From Eledone cirrhosa (lineage: Eukaryota), in contig OZ024744.1 of the NCBI GenBank assembly GCA_964016885.1, forward strand, positions 56,420,001-56,484,000: a stretch of 64,000 bases of DNA, written 5' to 3'. A program made the position numbers and the translations under genes. The stretch's first letter is position 1. Every line of letters begins with the position of its first letter. The notes beneath the pieces were generated by a model. That model was not told where the DNA came from, searched no databases, and saw only the letters and a list, made by a program, of their open reading frames with translations. Positions 55,315-64,000 of the stretch are shown one piece after another.

Positions 55315-55500
55315 TAATTGTTTCTACTTTTTGGCACAAGGCCAGCAATTACCCAGTCCATTACTGGTACTTTATTTTATCGACCCCGTAAGGATGAAAG
55401 GCAAAGTTAACCTCGGCGGGATTTGAACTCAGATCATAAAGGGACATAACTATGCCAGAAAGCATGGCATCTGATCCTCTACCGATATTGCCAATTTAAT
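55315..55500 (-). mobile_element. SINE copy (6440 family)
   Basis: Reverse complement of 6545-6672. Confidence 0.85.
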
Positions 55501-55589
55501 ACAGGTGTAAATGTAGCTGTGTGGCTAAGATGAATGTGTGACAACTACATGGCTGGGTTTGGGTTAGATGTCTTCTATTGTTTTGAAAA

Positions 55590-56680
55590 TGGATTATGTC
55601 CTTAACCTCCTCCTGTTTATTATTGCTCTACAGGCTATAACAGAAGAGTTTAAGACCTGCTGCCCATGGGAACTTCTATATGCAGATGATCTAACTCTCA
55701 TAGATGAATCTATGGCTGAACTAGAGAAGAAATTCCAAACTTGGAAGCATGGCCTGAATCAAAAGGCCTTAAAGTTAACTTGTCTAAGACTAAAGTTCTA
55801 GAATATAGAAAGGAAAATAGGGCACAGGTGCCCTCTGGGAAATGACTATGCTCAGTGTGTAGGAAAGGAGTAGGTAGAAATTCCATTCTATGCTCTAAAT
55901 GAAAACTATGGGTACATAAAAGATGTAGTGGGATCAGAGGCAAGCTATCTAAGAATATAGATTTTATATGTGGCTGATGCTCAGGTGCAATAAGTAGCCA
56001 GTGCCCACTGGATACTAGCTCCTTCAACTGCCTGGATGGTTCTTGGAGATTGTGTTGGTATGGTCATGTGATGCGCATGAAAGACAGCAGCTGTATAAAA
56101 AAGTGCAGGGCGATCAAAATTGATGAAAGCTATGGAGTAAGTAGACCCAGAAAAACCTGGGACATGATAAAATCTGACTTTGCAAACTGACAACTCTCTA
56201 AGACAATGTCACTGGATTGAGACCTTTGCCACTATGCAGTAATACAGAAGACCCACCTTCCCTTATGTACAAACTTAAACCAACAGTCAGTAGGCACCTC
56301 TTAACCAAATATTCAACCCAACCCACTACTCCTACTCCATCCTTACACTCCCACCAACACCACCCCTTTCTCTGTAAAATTATGTTGGTATCACATAACA
56401 TCTAGTCCACACTAAAGTGGTCGTGTAGGTATCATGACAAAAAACACCCAGTCCACACTGTAAAGTTGTGTAGGAGGCACAGTAAAAAGGTTCCAGTCCA
56501 CACTGAAAATGCGGTTGGTGTTATGAAGGGCATCCAGCCGTAGAAAACCTGCCAGATACAGTCCTATACGAGCGAGACACGGTCATTCGATCAATCTTGT
56601 CTCAAGTGGGACAATTCCTGTCTAACCCATACTAGCGTGGAAGATAGCCATTAAACGATGATGACGACGATGATGATATA
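55590..56680 (+). mobile_element. RTE LINE fragment (RT end, PHD-like finger, 3' UTR and tail)
   Basis: LLFIIALQAITEEFKTCCPWELLYADDL; CSVCRKGVGRNSILC; SRPRKTW; tail ends in (GAT)n; homologous to 61870-62590. Confidence 0.9.
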
Positions 56681-56708
56681 TAAATATATATACATATAAA
56701 TATACATA

Positions 56709-58295
56709 TCTATACTATAAAGCTGACGGCCGTATGTAAGTAACAAACTTTCCGTTAAGTGGCTGGACCAAACGGCATCAAATTTGCACCATAGATGTAA
56801 CTTTTTCCAAGTAAGAAAGTGAGGTTATTTTTGTCTACTGAATTTTGTTAAAACATTAAAGATATTATTTAAATATTGACTTCTTTAAAATTTTCAAATG
56901 TCAACACTTCCGGTTATACGACATTCCTAACGTCTTCACGAACCAAAGTATCATCTTCCTGTTTTCTTTCGGTTGCAACGTTTTTCGAAATATTTACTTC
57001 TGCATTCACAAATTGATTTTTTTAGTTTCAGAAGATCCCGTTAAGGGTGAAAGCAGCGATTCTTTGCTTAAACTTTAATCTGTTATTTTAATATATATAT
57101 ATATATAATTATATATTCGTGTACAGATATTTTTGCATACACAAAAACAAATATAAACAAACGTATTTATTTCACGAAAGAACAGAGTGCTTATCGTCAT
57201 TGTTACTGTCAATATGCCACCCAAAAAGTCCCACCCTGGCCGCAAGATCAGATTTTCCAGAAGAAAAAATGTTACTAGAGCAACAGAGAGACTAAGCTTC
57301 GCGATTACCATCAACAAAGCTCAGGGTCAAACCCTAAAAGTGGCTAGCCTCCATCTGGGAAAACCATGGTCAATTGTATGTAGGATGCTCTACAGTGAGC
57401 TCGCCAAACAATCTCTTCATCTTTGCTCCCGAGGGCCGAACAAAAAATATTGTATACTCTGAGGCTCTAACAATGTAATTTATGTATTTTCTAACAGAAC
57501 TCTATGTATTTTCTGTTACTTGGAATTTCCATTATGGTTGTACAAATTATTGTAAAGTTTGTTAAACAATTTGTTCTCTGTTCAACCTTTATTGTTGTAA
57601 CTATCAATTTTCTTTAACGTACTGGCTGAGAAAAGAAACCTACAATGAAAGAACATCTTAAAGTTTACCCAAGCCAAATGTATTTATTAACATTTCTATC
57701 TGCAGGTACTTAGCAAGCTTACTGGCGCTTGAGTATGGTATTCAATTCTCATATCGTTTTTTTTATTGATATGTTGCATGTATCGCAACTATTCATATGT
57801 TTAAAACATTAGATAACTGTTTCTACTTTTGGCACAAGGCCAACAATTACCTAGTGCATTACTGGTACTTTATTTTATCGAAAACATTAGATAACGATTG
57901 ATGATGTATATTGTACGACAGAATTAGTTGAAAAATATTTTGAATTAACAAATAAAAGAGATATAAAAGAGAGATGTTTGTTGGTTGGTTCCTTCGCGTA
58001 TCACACGAAAAAAAAAACGAAGTGACAATCGAAAAGTATGTACAGGATTGGGTTAAGAGTATATCCAGGAAAGTTTATTGATACTAATTTTATAACACCA
58101 AAGAAGAAGAAAGACATACCACGTATGCTAACCAACCTGACTGCTATTTATAGCAGGTTGGGAATCAACCATAAGGGATTCTCTCTGCGAGTTCGTTGTC
58201 AGTGATGATCGTGTTTCGCGGCCTATGTCTCCGATTGCAACGGTGGTTTACACACACACACGCACACACACACGAACACTCACACAGGCACACAG

Positions 58296-58331
<36 letters not shown>

Positions 58332-58460
58332 GTATACACACACACATACAATACACACACACACTGTAAACAAGACAATGCATTCAATACAGACGTTTTC
58401 TCTTCTGCCGGTCTTCTCTTATCATTTGTTAACCTTGGCGAAGCTGGGTACCTCAGCTAG
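56709..58460 (+). mobile_element. Non-autonomous Helitron with a remnant Pif1-type helicase C-terminus
   Basis: 5' A|TCTATACTATAAAG; RLSFAITINKAQGQTLKVA..HGQLYVGCS..TKNIVYSEAL at 57285-57475; 3' hairpin CCTTGGCGAAGCTGGG then CTAG|T. Confidence 0.85.
57818..57880 (-). mobile_element. 5'-truncated SINE with a 15-bp TSD, nested in the Helitron
   Basis: AAAACATTAGATAAC at 57803-57817 and 57881-57895. Confidence 0.85.
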
Positions 58461-58470
58461 TATACACACA

Positions 58471-58538
<68 letters not shown>

Positions 58539-58559
58539 CATATAAATATATATATATAT

Positions 58560-58880
58560 GTAGAAGTTATATTTAATTTGTTGGGATACAACAAGCAAAT
58601 ATTTTTATAACTGATATAAAGCACTCAACAAATTATTGGAGTAAAAATACAATATATTAACAAATGGAAACTATATTTATAAAACCATATTTATTTCATT
58701 ATACATATTTCAAGGACACCAAGGCAAATTATGGTGCACTTTCATCAGATAAAATATAATATAGATCAGTTTTATAAATAAATATAAATAAATATAAATA
58801 AATATTGACATAAATATTGACATAAATAAATATTGACATACCCTTAAAAGAATGCGACCATTTCAGTTGGAAGCTCCCGG
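58560..58880 (-). mobile_element. Hammerhead-bearing repeat family A, colinear copy
   Basis: Homologous to 2805-3128; (TA)n flanks. Confidence 0.7.
58692..58756 (-). ncRNA. Minimal type I hammerhead ribozyme motif (family A)
   Basis: TATTTTAT CTGATGA AAGTGCACCA..TGGTGTCCTT GAAA TATGTA TA ATGAAATA. Confidence 0.7.
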
Positions 58881-58984
58881 ATATATAATATATGTATGTA
58901 AAAGGTAAACAGAAATAACAACACAAACGGTACAGTATATGGAAGGTATATATTAGGTTAACGCTTGATAAAGTAGGAAGAGGG

Positions 58985-59019
58985 TCTTAACGTTTCAGAC
59001 GCTAGTCCTTCATCAGAAA
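58985..59019 (-). ncRNA. Minimal hammerhead ribozyme motif (family C)
   Basis: CTGATGA A GGAC tagc GTCT GAAA CGT TA; palindromic AACGTT stem III; stem I is weak (3 bp). Confidence 0.55.
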
Positions 59020-59434
59020 AAAGAATGAGAAATAAAATAGATTGAGGGGACGGGCGGGATGGAATTGGAAAAAATGTCTTTAGATCAAAATAACAGGTCC
59101 ATTCAGTTGACATCTCTTGCAAAACTGTTGTGGCTGGCGTTTTGTGTATGATTTGTTTTTTTAGAAAAGAAAAAGATTGGAAAGAAATGAAGCCTGCATG
59201 CTTCAATGGATTTGTGATGGGGAGATGGAACAGGATTGAGATCTTTGGCATTGTGCTGTACTGCAGAAGACTAACCTTCACTTGTCCACAGGATGAAATA
59301 AACATGCAGAGGACACGAGTCTGCATCAATATTCTCTCTACATATCTACCATTCATCCTCCCCAGTCTTGATACACTCTCCTCCAACTAAATACTCCACT
59401 CACCTTGTCTATGTCAAACTTGCTTACTTGTCCC

Positions 59435-59885
59435 TGTAGTAAGACACCTTACGCCCCCCCTATCGGATAATGGACCAGGCCTAGTTGTCTCCCCCTGGTT
59501 GAGAACACTATTTAAGTAAGCAGCAGTATTACTTTCTCAGACAAGCCACGGAGACAGCAAACAGCAGACAGCCTTTGTACCACGAAACAGCAGACAGCCT
59601 TTAGACCACGAGATCACACAGATGTCAATACACTGAACTCCTATGCCGAAGCCACAAGGATAGTGTTGGCCGAGCACTGGCTCATAACTGATTTCACTTT
59701 ACTGGTCCCGTCACATTGGTGACCCACGACAATTGTAATACGTTGCCTTCATTTCAACTGATCACGTCTATAGTGGTATGTTGTTTCATTTGTAATATAA
59801 CAAACACATAATAGACAAAATAAACATCATCCTTATTTACATTGTTGAATAGAACTCTCGTTGTGGTTATTATCTTGTCTACACA
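59435..59885 (+). mobile_element. LTR-like segment
   Basis: TGTAG...CTACA ends, TATTTAAG, AATAAA at ~59819, and a Gypsy-PBS-like CATTGGTGACCCACGAC at ~59714; no TSD found. Confidence 0.4.
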
Positions 59886-60479
59886 CACACCCACTCACTT
59901 GTTATAATTATATGGAGTACCTATCCTCTCACTTACGAAAATGGTAAATAGACGAGGGACTTTCCCTCACGTCTATATTGATAAACTATCCAACAAGGAT
60001 TCTTCATTACCATATCCCTCTCCACAATCTTCACTCCTACCTCCTGATATAACTTTCCCATCCAACCCATGTATACAAGCATGGAAAGCTGGATATGCTT
60101 CACATCCTGTCTCCACGCTGCAATCAATACGAAAAATCACTAAGTCCACTCTGCATGGTGGTCTAGTGCCACAACAACAAAAGTACTCAGTCCACCCTGT
60201 AACAGGGTTGTGCGGGTAATATGACAAGAGGCAGCAGCTAATCGATTTTGAAAGGTAGTGATGATAGAGGCAGAAGAGGCTTCCAGTCCACCCTGTATGT
60301 TGGCTGTGTTGGTGTCACAAAGTATATATATTATATATGTATAGTGGGTATTATGTATTGTCTGTTATATACGAAAGTAAATTGATGTATGCTGTGTGCA
60401 AGAGACTAGATGGAGAGGAGAGTCTGCTAGAGTCCTTGTAGGCAAAGTCAGTGCTACAAATTTTTCTGGGTGGGAAATG

Positions 60480-62590
60480 ACAATGAGATGGGTGGTGTAG
60501 GTATACTATTAGCTGACAAATGAGTAGATAAGGTAATCTCAGTGAACAGGGTGAATGCAAGAATCATTAAACTCAGACTAGTCCTGAATAAAACAATTGC
60601 CACAATCATATCTGCTTGCGCATCCCAATCGGGGTTGGCAGACGAACTTAAGGATATGTTTTACGAGTCCCTAATGTACACTACTGCCCTAACAAACAAC
60701 AATGACTTCCTAATCATTGCAGGAGATTTTAACGGAGATGTTGGGAAACACTATGATGGCTTCTATAGAGTCCATGGAGGCTACGGGTTTGGCACAAGAA
60801 ACGAAGGCTTCTAGAATTCTGTGACGCCAATGGCATGTCGATATGTAACACAAACTTCAAAAAACCCAACAACCATCTGATCACCAATAGATCTGCTGAG
60901 CATTCTAGTCAGATAGATTTTATCCTCATCAGAGGATGTAATAGATGAACGGTTGTAAACACAAAAGCCTTCCCTAGTGAGGAATGTATCTCCCAACATA
61001 ATTTAGTTGTCAGCGACCTCACTGTCAGAACTAGACGAACTTGGAAACAGAAGGCAACCTGGAGAAGAAAGATCTGGAAGCTGAAAGACCCCTCAGCCAC
61101 TAGCAGATTTAAAGATATTTTACTCGACGCCTATGACAGTAAAGAAGAATAGATAGAGACATTCAATGTCTGAGAAGAAAGATGCGTAGAAGAGCCATTA
61201 TGAAAGATTACTAAATGAGGAGATTGCATGGGAAGAAGAGACTCTACCCCAAGTAGACCCTATAGAGGGGCCAGCAGTACAAGTCAGCAGCAGTGTAGTA
61301 AGTAAGGCAATCACAGATATGAAGACAGGGAAGGCAACTGGTCCATTGGATATAGCTGCCGAGATGCTGAAGGCATCTGGGTCTGTAGGTCACACTATAA
61401 CCACCCGTATTGTTAACCAGGTAATACTAGAGGGTGTCATACCAAAGGATTGGTGCAGCAGCATCATTGTCAACTGCTACAAGGGTAAAGGTGATGCACT
61501 AGATAGAGGAAACTATAGAGGTATAAAGCTGATGGACCAGGTCATGAAAGTAACAGAAAGAGTTATAGCACAGTTGATTAGGGACCGGGTGAAACTAGAT
61601 GAGATGCAATTTGGGTTTGTGCTAAGAAAAGGCACTGATACCCTCTTCCTTGTGAGGCAGTTACAGGAAAAGTACCTAGCTAAAGGTAAGCCGCTCTACC
61701 TGGCATTCATCGATCTGGAAAAAGCCTTCGACAGAGTGCCCTGTGCTATAATCTGGTGGGCTCTTAGAAAACTAGGAGTAGATGAATGGCTTGTCGAAGC
61801 TGTACAAGCCATGTATAGGGGAGCAGTCAGCAAAATTAGGATTAACAATAACTATAGCGAGGAATTTAGCATACAGGTCGGTGTCCACCAGGGTTCTGTT
61901 CTTAGCTCTCTCCTATTCCTCATAGTTTTGCAGGCAATAACGGAGGAGTTTATGATCGGATGCCCATGGGAACTCCTGTATGCTGATGATCTCGCATTTA
62001 TAGCTGAATCTATGGTAGAATTAGAGAAGACATTCCAAACTTGGGAGCAGGGACTAGAAAGAAAGGGTCTCAAAGTCAACCTGACAAAGACTAAGGTCCT
62101 TGTAAGTAGACAAGAAAACAGAACCCAGATCCCCTCAGGAAAATGGCCTTGCTCAGTATGTAGGAAAGGTGTAGGTAGGAACTCCATTCTCTGCCCTAAA
62201 TGCAAACAATGGGTACACAAGAGATGTAGTAGGATCTCAGGAAGCTTAGCTAAGATTGTAGGCTTCACATGTAGCAGCTGTGCAGGGACAGCAAGCATCA
62301 AACAGCCACAGGAAACAAGCACCACCAAACTCTGGTGGGGAGACCCAAGAAGACCTAGGATGAGGTGATAAAAGCCGACCTTACCCAATTACACCTCTCA
62401 AAGGCGATGACACACGACCATGACCTCTGGTGTCACGCAGTAATACAGAAGACCCGACTTCCCACAGGTACAAGTCGAAGCTGAAGCATATAGACAATAT
62501 GCCCCCACACCCCCAGCTGCAAAGTGGTTGTGGGGGTGCCATGGCACAACAGCACCCAGACCACACTGTAAATGAGGTTGATGTTAGGAA
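60480..62590 (+). mobile_element. RTE LINE: AP endonuclease remnant, open RT domain (61319-62368), PHD-like finger and internally deleted 3' end
   Basis: GGVGIL; IIAGDFNGDVG; QIDFIL; SQHNLVVSD; NYRGIKL; FIDLEKAFDRVP; GVHQGSVLS; LLYADDL. Confidence 0.95.
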
Positions 62591-62598
62591 GGTATGAC

Positions 62599-64000
62599 AA
62601 GGTATGACACGGCCAACTGACCTGACATGCCATGAGCAAGGTATGACACAGCCAACTGACCTGACATGCTATGAGCAAGGTATGACACGGCCAACTGACC
62701 TGACATGCTATGAGCAAGGTATGACACGGCCAACTGACCTGACATGCCATGAGCAAGGTATGACACGGCCAACTGACCTGACATGCTATGAGCAAGGTAT
62801 GACATGGCCAACTGACATGACATGCCATGAGCAAGGTATGACACGGCCAACTGACATGACATGCCATGAGCAAGGTATGACATGGCCAACTGACCTGACA
62901 TGCCATGAGCAAGGTATGACACGGCCAACTGACATGACATGCCATGAGCAAGGTATGACATGGCCAACTGACCTGACATGCCATGAGCAAGGTATGACAC
63001 GGCCAACTGACCTGACATGCCATGAGCAAGGTATGACACGGCCAACTGACATGACATGCCATGAGTAAGGTATGACACGGCCAACTGACCTGACATGCTA
63101 TGAGCAAGGTATGACATGGCCAACTGACCTGACATGCTATGAGCAAGGTATGACATGGCCAACTGACCTGACATGCTATGAGCAAGGTATGACACGGCCA
63201 ACTGACCTGACATGCCATGAGCAAGGTATGACATGGCCAACTGACCTGACATGCTATGAGCAAGGTATGACACGGCCAACTGACCTGACATGCTATGAGC
63301 AAGGTATGACATGGCCAACTGACCTGACATGCTATGAGCAAGGTATGACACGGCCAACTGACCTGACATGCCATGAGCAAGGTATGACATGGCCAACTGA
63401 CCTGACATGCTATGAGCAAGGTATGACACGGCCAACTGACCTGACATGCCATGAGCAAGGTATGACATGGCCAACTGACCTGACATGCTATGAGCAAGGT
63501 ATGACATGGCCAACTGACCTGACATGCTATGAGCAAGGTATGACACGGCCAACTGACCTGACATGCTATGAGCAAGGTATGACACGGCCAACTGACCTGA
63601 CATGCCATGAGCAAGGTATGACACGGCCAACTGACCTGACATGCCATGAGCAAGGTATGACACGGCCAACTGACCTGACATGCCATGAGCAAGGTATGAC
63701 ACGGCCAACTGACCTGACATGCTATGAGCAAGGTATGACACAGCCAACTGACCTGACATGCTATGAGCAAGGTATGACACGGCCAACTGACCTGACATGC
63801 TATGAGCAAGGTATGACACGGCCAACTGACATGCCATGAGCAAGGTATGACATGGCCAACTGACCTGACATGCCATGAGCAAGGTATGACACAGCCAACT
63901 GACCTGACATGCTATGAGCAAGGTATGACACGGCCAACTGACCTGACATGCTATGAGCAAGGTATGACACAGCCAACTGACCTGACATGCCATGAGCAAG
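62599..64000. repeat. Minisatellite with 39-bp unit AAGGTATGACACGGCCAACTGACCTGACATGCTATGAGC, running off the window end
   Basis: About 36 near-identical tandem copies. Confidence 0.98.

Noticed and set aside
62433-63999. 458- and 471-aa repeat proteins
   Set aside because: Result of a 39-bp unit being a multiple of 3; no evidence of a gene

Overview
AT-rich eukaryotic DNA made almost entirely of repeats, probably intronic or intergenic. The SINE, RTE and microsatellite repertoire looks like a coleoid cephalopod such as octopus; this is inference from recognised repeat families, not a database result. No intact host gene is identifiable, and nearly all long ORFs in the track are artefacts of simple or tandem repeats. 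The window holds four large tandem arrays (38/43 bp, ~47 bp, 24 bp and 39 bp units) and many microsatellites. It also holds decayed RTE, CR1 and CRE-like LINEs, a mariner transposase remnant, a non-autonomous Helitron with both termini, TTAA-, hAT- and TA-type MITEs, and several SINE families. The most interesting signal is a set of short non-coding repeats embedded in (TA)n that carry minimal type I hammerhead ribozyme motifs (CUGANGA...GAAA...UH). There are at least three families, one with stem covariation, and two copies sit in perfect palindromes or inverted repeats, as expected of Penelope-like element pLTRs or retrozymes. A 39-bp satellite appears to derive from the 3' tail of an RTE LINE. 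One candidate terminal exon and one candidate microexon lie on the minus strand. Most boundaries are approximate because they were read by eye.
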